This document shows, in pieces, positions 40,121-49,467 of a stretch of DNA of 61,745 nt (positions within the stretch are counted from its first letter, which is position 1; each line of letters starts with the position of its first letter). Source of the stretch: Phycisphaerales bacterium (GTDB lineage: Bacteria > Planctomycetota > Phycisphaerae > Phycisphaerales > UBA1924); the NCBI GenBank assembly GCA_038251595.1, contig JBBSBC010000001.1, forward strand, positions 1 through 61,745, read 5' to 3'. The notes beneath the pieces were generated by a model. That model saw only the letters and a list, made by a program, of their open reading frames with translations, had not been told where the DNA came from and searched no databases. The position numbers were made by a program, and so were the translations under genes.

Positions 40121-40157
40121 CCAGGAGCCCGCATGGATGCGGGCTCCTGGTTTTTAC
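40121..40157 (+). terminator. rho-independent terminator
   Basis: Perfect 13-bp stem CCAGGAGCCCGCA/TGCGGGCTCCTGG, loop TGGA, then TTTTTAC. Confidence 0.85.
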
Positions 40158-40195
40158 ACTGTTTATGTCGCGTGAACAGGCTTTGCCAGCAAGGC

Positions 40196-41062
40196 TCACG
40201 CTTCAATCCGGCTCTGCCATCGGTCCAGTGTGCTCTTCTTGGTCAGGTCATACCTGAGCGGGGTCACCGTTATGTTGCGCTCCCAGAGCAGTTGCACATC
40301 GCTCCCATCGTCGGTGGTGTGAAAGTCCAATCCGTGCCCCGCCGCCCAGTAATACACCTCACCGCCCGGGGCCACGCGCCGCTCGTATTTGTCGTTCAGC
40401 CCATGCGTGTTCATGCGGCAGACGCGCAGCGGATACTCGCCCGGCGCGGCCGCCTTGTCCCCTTCGGTGATCGGGATATTGATTGACAGGCACGAGTGCG
40501 CCTCGGGCAGCGCGTGCCGAACCGTCGTCTTCTGCTCGCGCGCCACGCCGCTGATGATCTTCTCAATCGCCCACCGCGCGTGCTGTGCAGCCACCTTGAA
40601 GTTCGTTCGGCCATGCTCGTTCTTACCCAGGTGCAGGCTAACGGCGATCGACGGAATACCCAGAAACGCCCCTTCAATGGCCGCGGCCACCGTGCCGGAG
40701 TAAATGATGTTGATGCCAACGTTCGTACCCGCGTTCATGCCAGAGATGAGCAGGTCCGGGCGCGTACTTGCGCCAAACTTGTCGGGCCAGAGTTGCGAGA
40801 CCGCGAGCTTCACGCAATCGGCAGGCCGCGCGTCAACAGCGATACCGCGCATGTGCGGGCTGACCTGCACATGCTCAACCATCAGCGGTGAGTGAAAGGT
40901 GATGCCATGGCTTGTGGCCGATTGCACGGTGAGCGGCGCAATCGGAAAGACGACCTCGCCCAGCGGGTGGCCGAAGAGGCCATCGGCATCGACGAGCGCA
41001 TCGAACATGGCTTGAATGCCGGGGGCGCGGATTCCGTCATCATTGGTGAGCAGGATCTTCAT
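40196..41062 (-). CDS. surE: 5'/3'-nucleotidase SurE
   Basis: MKILLTNDDGIRAPGIQAM... and SGMNAGTNVGINIIYSGTVAAAIEGA. Confidence 0.92.
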   Translation of the reverse strand: MKILLTNDDGIRAPGIQAMFDALVDADGLFGHPLGEVVFPIAPLTVQSATSHGITFHSPLMVEHVQVSPHMRGIAVDARPADCVKLAVSQLWPDKFGASTRPDLLISGMNAGTNVGINIIYSGTVAAAIEGAFLGIPSIAVSLHLGKNEHGRTNFKVAAQHARWAIEKIISGVAREQKTTVRHALPEAHSCLSINIPITEGDKAAAPGEYPLRVCRMNTHGLNDKYERRVAPGGEVYYWAAGHGLDFHTTDDGSDVQLLWERNITVTPLRYDLTKKSTLDRWQSRIEA

Positions 41063-41097
41063 GACGCGAGGGTATCCTCGCACATCGATCTGCGCAC

Positions 41098-42000
41098 TCA
41101 GGGCTGTGGTTGCGGTGCCCGCACAATCACATACACACCGGGGGAGAATGGTTCATGCTCAGAATCCATGTGCGATACGAACCGGCCACTGCCCAGCACG
41201 CTGTCTCGATGAACGCTGGTCTTCTGAACCAGTGGCGCAAAGTCCTCGATGATGGGCTTCAGCTTCGGCGCGGCCGCCGGCTTGAGCGGTGGGGGTGCGG
41301 CGCTCTCGATGGTGGCGGGCACATCGGGTTCATCTTTCACCGGCCCGGCCTCACTCCAATAGACGCGCTGCACGGGCATTCGGTCGGGTGCGCTCAGCAG
41401 CACATGGTCGCCACTATTCCCAAGCGCAATCTTGCCGTTGGTGTTCTTCATGCTGAAGACCAACGCGCCGCCAAAGGCCGCGCTCGGGGCGGGTGGCGGC
41501 GTCTTGCTGTCGCCGATCGTTGTTGACCATGTCGAGTTGCACCCGTTGAAGACCACCACCACAGCGCCGGGTGCCAGTTCAACGGCGGGAAAGCTGAACT
41601 TCATCTGGCCCTTGCCAGGCTCCTGCGAATCCGTGAGCGTGTACCCGAAAAGCTGGATCGGCTTGTCGTGCGGGTTCACCAGTTCAATGAACTCATCACC
41701 CGCAACTTCGCGCTTGCCATCCTTGTTCGCATCGCCCACCGGGCCGGTCGGAACAGCAAAGAGGACTTCGGTGATCATCGGGTGCGGAAAGGGGACGGCG
41801 GGTGCAGGCCCCGCCGGCGCGGCGGGCGCGACAGGGGCAACCGTATCAGTTGGTGTGGTGGGAGGGGTGGGTGATGGGGGTGGGGGGGGTTGAACCGGGT
41901 CGGTTCCCGCAGGCACCGTTATTGGCGGGCTTGTCGGAGCCACCGGTAGCGCGGGCTCGACAGGTTGGAGAAACGCAGCAGCAACGAGAAGGGAAAGCAT
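41098..42000 (-). CDS. secreted lamin-tail-domain (LTD) protein with a Pro-rich N-terminal linker
   Basis: ITEVLFAVPTGPVGDANKDGKREVAGDEFIELVNPHDKPIQLFGYTLTD and ALGNSGDHVLL match the LTD pattern. Confidence 0.75.
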   Translation of the reverse strand: MLSLLVAAAFLQPVEPALPVAPTSPPITVPAGTDPVQPPPPPSPTPPTTPTDTVAPVAPAAPAGPAPAVPFPHPMITEVLFAVPTGPVGDANKDGKREVAGDEFIELVNPHDKPIQLFGYTLTDSQEPGKGQMKFSFPAVELAPGAVVVVFNGCNSTWSTTIGDSKTPPPAPSAAFGGALVFSMKNTNGKIALGNSGDHVLLSAPDRMPVQRVYWSEAGPVKDEPDVPATIESAAPPPLKPAAAPKLKPIIEDFAPLVQKTSVHRDSVLGSGRFVSHMDSEHEPFSPGVYVIVRAPQPQP

Positions 42001-42090
42001 TCATAAGCCCTCGCGCTTCCCTGCGCGGTTGTTGAAAGCGATAGACATTGCGTGTGCATCGAACCGACAGGTCCGATGCGGAGTGATTGT

Positions 42091-42525
42091 TCAATCCTGC
42101 CCGGTGCGATCCGCCCGATCGGTTGGGTTACGACCTTTGGCAAGTTCCTTGGCCACCAGCCGACCATTGTTCAGTTCGAGGTCGTAGTAGCGTGATCGGT
42201 CATCAGAAAGTTTCAGATCAACACGCGCCGCACTGTCTTGCGGCGGTCGATCCGGGAGCGAGAACCGCACACGCTTGCCGAACCCTTGCTCGGTGTGTGT
42301 CACTTGGTTCGTGAACGATCCCTTTGGCCCGAGCCGTGCGGTTGAATAGGTCGTGGTTGACCCATCGCTCGCCACATCCATGAACTCAACCATCAGGTTC
42401 TGACCTGTGCGGTTCTGAATATCCACACCGTAGGTGGTGGAGCAGCCGGTGGCCGCACACAGAGCGGTTGCACCGATGAAGCCCATCGCGGCCATTCGTA
42501 GTGGTGTCATCATGCGGTTCTCCAT
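42091..42525 (-). CDS. hypothetical lipoprotein (paralog of 42631..43005)
   Basis: Lipobox ALCAATGC, then STTYGVDIQNRTGQNLMVEF, shared with its neighbour. Confidence 0.6.
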   Translation of the reverse strand: MENRMMTPLRMAAMGFIGATALCAATGCSTTYGVDIQNRTGQNLMVEFMDVASDGSTTTYSTARLGPKGSFTNQVTHTEQGFGKRVRFSLPDRPPQDSAARVDLKLSDDRSRYYDLELNNGRLVAKELAKGRNPTDRADRTGQD

Positions 42526-42630
42526 CGGGCAGCGTAGCCAATCTGCGGGTGAAAGTGGGAGGGGAAGACCGTACCGGGTCCATGCCGTGGTGTTGCTTGA
42601 GAAAGTCGGTTCCAGAGACTGAGCAGCGGC

Positions 42631-43005
42631 CTAAGGCTTCGGGCTCAACCGTAGAACGCCGCTCTCGTCCGTCACATCCAGAAAGCTGGTGCCGGGCAAC
42701 AGGTCAAGTGATGCCGGACGTGCCGCGTTCGGGAGTGAGTCAACACTCACAAACACCGCTCCAGGATTGTCCGAGGCCCTTACGGGACCGATGAACGCTC
42801 GATCGCCGGGTCCAAGCCGCTTGCTTGCCCCGAGAATGGACTGACCATCCGCACCATGTGGCTTCACGAACAGTTGGGCAAAGACCGGTGTCGAGGTTCT
42901 GTTCCGAATATCAGCGGAATAATCGGCCTGACATCCGACGAGTAGAAGCATTCCGAGCACCGTCGCACCGCGTTGAACTGACCATCCCATGACTGTCGTT
43001 TGCAT
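42631..43005 (-). CDS. hypothetical lipoprotein (paralog of 42091..42525)
   Basis: The start is taken at MQTTVMGWSVQRGATVLGMLLLVGC, followed by QADYSADIRNRTSTPVFAQLF. Confidence 0.55.
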   Translation of the reverse strand: MQTTVMGWSVQRGATVLGMLLLVGCQADYSADIRNRTSTPVFAQLFVKPHGADGQSILGASKRLGPGDRAFIGPVRASDNPGAVFVSVDSLPNAARPASLDLLPGTSFLDVTDESGVLRLSPKP

Positions 43006-43343
43006 CTGGTTGATCCCTGAAGTAAAGACGAACCGAAATCGTGCAAGTAATAGATAAACGTAGTCTCCGTCAAGACACCTGTCGATACGGGTGTTCTGTG
43101 GTCTGCGCAGGTGCGATGTTTTCAGCCGTGCCCCGCACATGGCGTAACCGACCGACCTGCCAGCTTGGTCGTCAGATCCGCGTGTTAAAGATGCGGTCGT
43201 CCATTGGCCGGTCGCCTTCGGGTCAATGCTGGAAGATCCGGAGCTTCTCGACCAACGCTTCGAGCGAAAAGCGGCGGAGCATCGGACGGGGTGCATGGAG
43301 TTGATCGGAGCCAGAGAGACCGCCCTTCAGGAGAAATCGGTCA

Positions 43344-44605
43344 ATGAAGCTCTCGCTCCGCGTTACGACGCTCATCATCGCAGTACTGGCTCTCGCAAGG
43401 AACGCTTGCGGACAAGTAACGTTTCAGGTGTTGGAACCTTTTCCCAATACGAACTCCGGTAGCCTTGCATGGTCGGCATCACCCGATGGGCAAACGATGA
43501 TTGGGAATGCGGGGAATGGGAATAGGGTGCGGGTGGGGCGGTGGCAGGCCGGGCAAGGGTTTGAAGACCTGACACCCTCTTTCGGTCCGGCCCCCTACTA
43601 CATCACGTCGGCTTCGGCCGCAGGAGATGTGATCGCGGGCACACGCAACGATGTCGCCATCAGGTGGACGGAGAGCAGCGGGGTTCAGAGCCTGGGCTTT
43701 CTTCCGACCGGTCGTTTCAGCCAAGCCTCTGGGTTAAGCGGTGATGGGTCAGTGGTGGTCGGCAGCAGCGACACGGATGATGGTCGGCGTGCCTTTCAAT
43801 GGACACCCGGCAATGGCATGGCGGCACTTCTGCCCCCAACGGCGGCAGAACCGCAGCAGTGTTGGGGGAACGGTGTGAGCCGCGACGGGCGGATCGTTAT
43901 CGGGTCGAGCGGCAACTTCACCAGCGGGGGTTATGCGCAGGCGGTGCGGTGGTTGCCCGACGGAACGCCGCAGGCCTTGGGTAGGACCAGCAATACGATA
44001 TCTTCGCAGGCTTACGTGGCCTCGGTGGATGGCTCGGTGATTACCGGAAATCTCATCGTTTCAACACCAGCCAACCCGTTCGGGGTAAGCCATGTGTTTG
44101 GGTGGACAGAGGGGATGGGGGGGTCGGGGGGGTCGGGGGGTCGGGTGGGCCAGTGATGACCGACCTTGGGATCGTGCCCGGTTCCAGTGCTTCGGTTCCG
44201 ATGGGCATCAACGGTGATGGCTCGGCGATTGTCGGGTACAGCAACTTTATCACATCTCTGCACGCATTCCTATGGACCCCCGCCCTCGGCATGGTGGACC
44301 TGCAAACCTACCTCCCCACGCTCGGCATTGACCTTACCAACTGGACGCTCACGAATGCGATCGCGGTATCAGACGATGGCCGCACCATCGTGGGAAGAGG
44401 CGGCTATGACGCCGTTCCCGGTCCTGGAGGCAATATTGGCTTAGGTTGGGTTGTGACCATCCCCTCACCCACAGCCGCGCCGGGGCTGGTTTTTGCGGGT
44501 CTGCTCACCCTCGCGCGGCGGCGACGGAGCGTGTACGCCACGACAACATGCGTCGACAATCAGGCATGGATTACGTCGGTTTCGGCCCGCATCATCGCCG
44601 GGTAA
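43344..44605 (+). pseudogene. HAF-repeat extracellular protein with a PEP-CTERM-like anchor, split by a 1-nt frameshift in a G-run
   Basis: Signal peptide MKLSLRVTTLIIAVLALARNACG. Repeated ...A.GVS.DGS.IVG... units. The frame changes at 44135-44140. The downstream frame gives VMTDLGIVPGSS...HAFLWTPALGMVDL...IPSPTAAPGLVFAGLLTLARRRR. Confidence 0.75.
44117..44142. repeat. GGGGGGGTC/GGGGGGGTC/GGGGGGTC tandem units (G7-TC, G7-TC, G6-TC)
   Basis: Read directly. The third unit is one G shorter than the first two. Confidence 0.95.
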
Positions 44606-45723
44606 CTGGTGTATCCGACTTCCATCGGTCCAACACCCGGCCAGTAGAAAGTCGCAGGATCACCGGGCGCGAGTTCAACAGGCGTGCCCGAGGCCATCGC
44701 GCGGAATCGGGCCGTCAGATCCGGGTTGGAAATGAACGGGATGCCGAACGCGATGGCATCGGCCCAGCCGCGGTGCAGGTACTCCTGTCCCTTCTCGAAG
44801 GTAAAGCCCGCGTTGGTGATGAGGGTGTGCCGGGTGAGTGGACGGAAATGCGAGACCGGGATCGGCTCGTAGCCGGGCACCAGCTCTTTGCCGCGCCTGA
44901 TATCGCCTTCCATCGCTTCCATGATGTGCAGATAGGCCAGCGGCAACTGGTTGTACTTCTGAACAAGATGCCCGAACGTGGCCTTCGGGTCACTATCGAT
45001 CATGTCACCAAACGCACCCGATGGAGAGAGTCGCACCCCAACCCGATCCGCACCCCAGACATCAACGAGCATCCGCGTCAGGTTAAAGATAAAGCGGATG
45101 CGGTTCTCGATGCTGCCCCCATACTGATCGGTTCGACGGTTGACACCATCGCGGGTGAACTGATCGGGCAGATACCCGTTCGCGCCGTGCAGCTCAACAC
45201 CATCAAAACCCGCCGCGCGTGCGTTGTTTGCCGCATGGCGATACTGCTCGGTCACTTCTCGAATATCTTCAACGGTCATCGCTCGCGGCGTCGGATACGG
45301 AGCCTTCGTGCCATCCGGAAGCACGCACTCGCCGCTCTTGGCCGAGGGCGATGAAGACATGGGCGCACGCCCATCTGGCTGATAGACCTCGTGCGAGACG
45401 CGACCAACATGCCAGAGCTGCGCGAAGATCAGCGAGCCGCGCGCGTGAACCGCCTCGGTCACGAGCTTCCAGCCGGCGACCTGCTCTTCTGAGTGCAGAC
45501 CTGGTGTGTTCGGATAGCCGCGCCCCGCGGGTGAGACCTGCGTCGCTTCCGAAACGATCAGTCCCGCACCATCGTCTCCGGATCGCTGCGCGTAATACTC
45601 GGCGTTGATCCGGCCCGGTGATTGCACCGGGGCGGGTGCGCGGCACCGCGTCATGGGCGCCATCACCACCCGGTTGCGAGTGGTGAGTAAACCAATCTTG
45701 AGTGGTGAAAATAAGTCGGGCAT
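44560..45723 (-). CDS. Old Yellow Enzyme family NADH:flavin oxidoreductase (alkene/N-ethylmaleimide reductase type)
   Basis: LFSPLKIGLLTTRNRVVMAPMTRCRA..., AQLWHVGR, GFDGVELHGANGYLPDQF, RTDQYGGSIENR. Confidence 0.9.
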   Translation of the reverse strand: MPDLFSPLKIGLLTTRNRVVMAPMTRCRAPAPVQSPGRINAEYYAQRSGDDGAGLIVSEATQVSPAGRGYPNTPGLHSEEQVAGWKLVTEAVHARGSLIFAQLWHVGRVSHEVYQPDGRAPMSSSPSAKSGECVLPDGTKAPYPTPRAMTVEDIREVTEQYRHAANNARAAGFDGVELHGANGYLPDQFTRDGVNRRTDQYGGSIENRIRFIFNLTRMLVDVWGADRVGVRLSPSGAFGDMIDSDPKATFGHLVQKYNQLPLAYLHIMEAMEGDIRRGKELVPGYEPIPVSHFRPLTRHTLITNAGFTFEKGQEYLHRGWADAIAFGIPFISNPDLTARFRAMASGTPVELAPGDPATFYWPGVGPMEVGYTSYPAMMRAETDVIHA

Positions 45724-45778
45724 GGTACGGGCTGTTCTCTTCGTGGTGATGGCTCATCGAGTCGCGTCATGCCGTCGT

Positions 45779-46273
45779 TCAAAACAGTGCCGGAAAGCCC
45801 TTCTGCCTACGCCAAGCCGAAAGCTGCCCGAGGTGATACCCCTCGTGCCCAGTGAGCAGATGCGAGACCAGATGACCGCAGCTCACAATTGGTGTCCCCT
45901 CGAAAAGCGGCACCGGGTGTGGACTTGTCAGCGAGCTTGAATCCGTTTGAGACGCAGCGTCAACAACAATCTTGTGCCCGCGAGCAAGGGCGTCAAGCAA
46001 CACAGCCTTGTCGTTTGTTGGTGTTTGAGGATGGTTGATTTCCGAGCCAGGACCAAACGCGGTGTGCCACGAGTTGTCCAAAGACTTCGGACGACCAAGA
46101 AGCTGCGAGGCGTAGTCGGTGGCGATGGCGAGATGACCGAGAATCCAAGCGGGTGTCTGTCCGACGCCACCGATCTGCTGCGACATCTGCTCGGCGGTCA
46201 GGTCGCTCGCGAGCCGATGCGCCATGTGAAGGTTGTAGGCAAAGACGACCAGTTCATGTTCATTCGATTTCAT
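45779..46273 (-). CDS. DinB-family protein
   Basis: Four-helix DinB pattern with PAWILGHLA and HEGYHLGQLSAWRR. Confidence 0.7.
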   Translation of the reverse strand: MKSNEHELVVFAYNLHMAHRLASDLTAEQMSQQIGGVGQTPAWILGHLAIATDYASQLLGRPKSLDNSWHTAFGPGSEINHPQTPTNDKAVLLDALARGHKIVVDAASQTDSSSLTSPHPVPLFEGTPIVSCGHLVSHLLTGHEGYHLGQLSAWRRQKGFPALF

Positions 46274-46316
46274 GGATGCTCCTTTACCGAAAAATATCAA
46301 TGAATTTCGCAAAGGG

Positions 46317-47144
46317 TCATCGATCCGTCGCACTCCCGACAGACTCCCAGGCATCCAGCTCCGTGGCCGTGTCTCTGAGCAGCTTCCGCACCTTGTTGTG
46401 TGCATACTTGCCCAGCACCAGCCTGAGTGGCGGGCGTTCAGCATCGACAAGCGAGACAATCGCCTTGGCCGCCTTCTTCGGGTCGCCCGGCTGCTGCCCG
46501 TTCACCTTCTCAAGCAGTTCGGCAAACTTGCCGCTCGTGGCGTTGTAGTCATCAATACGTCGTTCACCCCGGACAAGCGAACGCGAAATGAAGTCGGTAC
46601 GGAAGGGACCGGGTTGCACGATGGTCACCTTCACACCCAATGGCCCCGCCTCGAGCGCGATCGATTCACTCAGGCTCTCCAATGCCGCTTTGGCCGCGCC
46701 GTACACGCCAAACCCCGCGTAGTTGTTGATCGCCGCCGCAGCCGAAATGTTGATGATGTGACCTGACCGCTGCGCGCGCATGATCGGCAGTATCGCTCGC
46801 ATCAGATTCAGAGGACCCATCAGGCAGGTCGCAAAGTTCTGGTTGATCTGTTCATCGCTTACTTCTTCCACAGCGCCGATAAGCCCATACCCAGCGTTGT
46901 TGATCAGCACATCAATGCGCCCGAACTCACCCATCGCAAGTTCAACCGCGTCGCGTATGTGCTGCGGGCTGGTGACATCCAGCTGCACGGCCCGTGCATT
47001 GTCGGGTGATCGGCCGACCAGTTCCGCCAGTTGCTCGGGTTTCCGGGCCGTCGCGACAAGCCTGTCACCGCGATCAAGCACGGCCGCGGCCATCTCATAC
47101 CCAAACCCGGTCGATGCACCGGTAATGAACCAGACCTTGCTCAT
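46317..47144 (-). CDS. short-chain dehydrogenase/reductase (SDR)
   Basis: VWFITGASTGFG, NNAG, the YGAAKAA catalytic motif and PGPFRTDF. Confidence 0.9.
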   Translation of the reverse strand: MSKVWFITGASTGFGYEMAAAVLDRGDRLVATARKPEQLAELVGRSPDNARAVQLDVTSPQHIRDAVELAMGEFGRIDVLINNAGYGLIGAVEEVSDEQINQNFATCLMGPLNLMRAILPIMRAQRSGHIINISAAAAINNYAGFGVYGAAKAALESLSESIALEAGPLGVKVTIVQPGPFRTDFISRSLVRGERRIDDYNATSGKFAELLEKVNGQQPGDPKKAAKAIVSLVDAERPPLRLVLGKYAHNKVRKLLRDTATELDAWESVGSATDR

Positions 47145-47324
47145 GTGATCGCTTTCAAAGGAGGTGATGCAGCACAGCAAATTCTGCTGAGGAATAATCA
47201 ATCCTCATACGGTAGCGACTCTTCGATGCGCGGAACTCACCGTAACAAGGTTCGATCAGGCCGAACGAATTGCGCTGCGCATCCGCGCCCGACACGCTGA
47301 ACGAGCCGTTGTCGAGCGCTGTCC

Positions 47325-48053
47325 CTACCACCGCATGTGAACCTGCATGTGGTAGTACCCGCCGGTCGGTCCATCGGCCGGAAGTGTCGCGAGCCATACG
47401 CTGGTCTTCGCACCATCAACAATCTCCATCGGCGCCGATTCGCCGCCAAGATCGGTCTTTACCCAGCCCGGGTGCGCCGCGTTCACCTTGATGCTCGTTG
47501 CACGCAGTTCGTGGGCCAGGTGGTTGGTGAACATGTTCACTGCCACTTTCGAGCAGTCGTAGGCGGCGAACTTCGTATTGTAGATTCCTGAGTTCGGGTC
47601 GGCATGTTCAGCAATCGACCCCAGCACGCTCGTCAGGTTCACGATGCGTCCCGCTTCGCTCTTCCGGATGAGCGGCAACATCGCCTGCGTAACCGCCACA
47701 AGCCCAAAGAAGTTGATATCAAACGTCGTTCGCAACGCCGCGGCCGAGACGGCGCTGGCAATGTGATCGGTCTGATAGTCAAGCCAGCCGGCGTTGTTGA
47801 TCAGGATATCGAGCCGACCAAAGCTCGTCCCGATCGTCCGGGCGGCCGCCGCGATCGATGCCTGATCGGTGACATCAAGCTGCACGAAGTGAGCATCAAT
47901 CTTCTCCTGCTTGAGGGCGACCACCGCGGCCTCACCCCGCGATCGATCACGTGCGCCGATAAGGACAGCGACACCCTGTTGACCAAGCTGACGGGCGGTT
48001 TCGAGACCGATGCCCTTGTTGGCACCCGTGATGAGCGCAATGCGATTGGACAT
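47325..48053 (-). CDS. SDR family oxidoreductase (carbonyl-reductase-like)
   Basis: IALITGANKGIG, NNAG, YDCSKVA, HPGWVKTDL. Confidence 0.9.
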   Translation of the reverse strand: MSNRIALITGANKGIGLETARQLGQQGVAVLIGARDRSRGEAAVVALKQEKIDAHFVQLDVTDQASIAAAARTIGTSFGRLDILINNAGWLDYQTDHIASAVSAAALRTTFDINFFGLVAVTQAMLPLIRKSEAGRIVNLTSVLGSIAEHADPNSGIYNTKFAAYDCSKVAVNMFTNHLAHELRATSIKVNAAHPGWVKTDLGGESAPMEIVDGAKTSVWLATLPADGPTGGYYHMQVHMRW

Positions 48054-48125
48054 GCGAGTTCTCCATGTATGGACGGACAAACTGTTGAACTGATCGAAGC
48101 GACGAGCTGGCGCAGCACAACTGCG

Positions 48126-48833
48126 TCAGGGAACCGTGAAACCACCATCCACCTTCAGATCGTGGCCCGTGATGAACGACGCGCCCTCAGAACACAGGAA
48201 CGCCACAGCGGTCGCAATCTCGCGCGGCTTGCCCGTGCGCCCGATCGGGTGAAGGCTTGACATAAACTCTCGTGAGCCCGCATCGGGCGCGAAGCGATCG
48301 TACATGTCCGTCTCAATCGCCGCCGGGCTCACCGCGTGCTTGCTGGCAATGTAGATCGAAACACCCGCCATGCCGATCGACCCCGCGATCGAATCGTTGT
48401 TGACAATCGCGCCCCGCGCGCCCGACTCATCCTTCGCGTTCCGCATCATCGCGGGAATCTCGTGCTTCAGGCTGAGCAGCACACCCAGCACGTTGATATC
48501 AAAGACCTTTCGATACGTCTCTTCGGTCGCTTCAACAATCGGCCCCAACGTCTCAAGCCCCGCGTTGTTGAAGGCCAGATCAAGTCGCCCGAACTTCTTG
48601 AGCGTGAACTCAACCATCGCCGCACAATCCGATTCCTTGGTAACATCGGCCCGCACAAACGCCCCCTCGCCCCCCGCCTCCTGAATCAAACTCACGGTTT
48701 CAGTACCCTCGGCCTCGCGCCGGCCGGTGACAACAACCCGCGCGCCCTGCCGCGCAAACTCAACCGCCGTGGCGCGCCCGATACCGCCCGTGCCCCCGGT
48801 GATGAGCGCAACCTTGTGCTTGAGCGAACTCAT
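48126..48833 (-). CDS. SDR family oxidoreductase with an apparent internal in-frame deletion
   Basis: VALITGGTGGIG, NNAG and YIASKHAV are followed directly by SPAAIETDM. The usual ~20 residues (xGLTKxxAxEYxxxGIRVNAV) are absent. Confidence 0.75.
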   Translation of the reverse strand: MSSLKHKVALITGGTGGIGRATAVEFARQGARVVVTGRREAEGTETVSLIQEAGGEGAFVRADVTKESDCAAMVEFTLKKFGRLDLAFNNAGLETLGPIVEATEETYRKVFDINVLGVLLSLKHEIPAMMRNAKDESGARGAIVNNDSIAGSIGMAGVSIYIASKHAVSPAAIETDMYDRFAPDAGSREFMSSLHPIGRTGKPREIATAVAFLCSEGASFITGHDLKVDGGFTVP

Positions 48834-49010
48834 GTTGGAATCCCTTTCAACAGTGGCGGCCGCTCGGATGGACAAACGCCCATTGCCACCGCCGCCGATC
48901 ATCGTGATGGATAAACATCCGGCCACTATATCGATGATTATCTATATGTCAAGGCCCGCCCCGTGGTCGCTCTGTCAAGATTTCGCGATGACGTTGACGA
49001 ACAGCACACG

Positions 49011-49430
49011 TCAGGACTTTGGACGGGCTCCACGTCGTTGAGCCTTCGCCCTCTTCGCCGCAACCGGAAGCTCCGCTTCCGAGCACTTCAGCGCGGCCGC
49101 CGCATCATCAGAAGAATCGCTGCTCAGGTCCTCTTCCGCCCGATCAGGAAGCCCAAGGGCATCAATAAACCCTCGCAGCACCTTCTCATCAATGCTCAGC
49201 ACGTGAAACTGCCCGCGCTTTCGAACGGAGATCAGCCCCGCCGTCGCCAATGTGCAGATGTGGTGCGAGATCGTCGGCTGGCTGAGCGCAAAGCGCTCGC
49301 AAACCTGCTTGCAGGTCAGCTCGCCCGCCGCGCGAACCTCTCGCATCATCCGATGTCTCGTCGGATCTGCCAGGGCTTTGGCGATTGTGACAAACTGGGA
49401 ATCCTTGATGGGCACACTGTATTTGCCCAT
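49011..49430 (-). CDS. ArsR/SmtB-family transcriptional regulator with a charged C-terminal tail
   Basis: IAKALADPTRHRMMREV...LTCKQVCERFALSQPTISHHICTLATAGLISVRKRGQFHV. Confidence 0.85.
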   Translation of the reverse strand: MGKYSVPIKDSQFVTIAKALADPTRHRMMREVRAAGELTCKQVCERFALSQPTISHHICTLATAGLISVRKRGQFHVLSIDEKVLRGFIDALGLPDRAEEDLSSDSSDDAAAALKCSEAELPVAAKRAKAQRRGARPKS

Positions 49431-49467
49431 GCGCCAAGGGTGTTGTCAACCTTCGTCCAACAGATGT

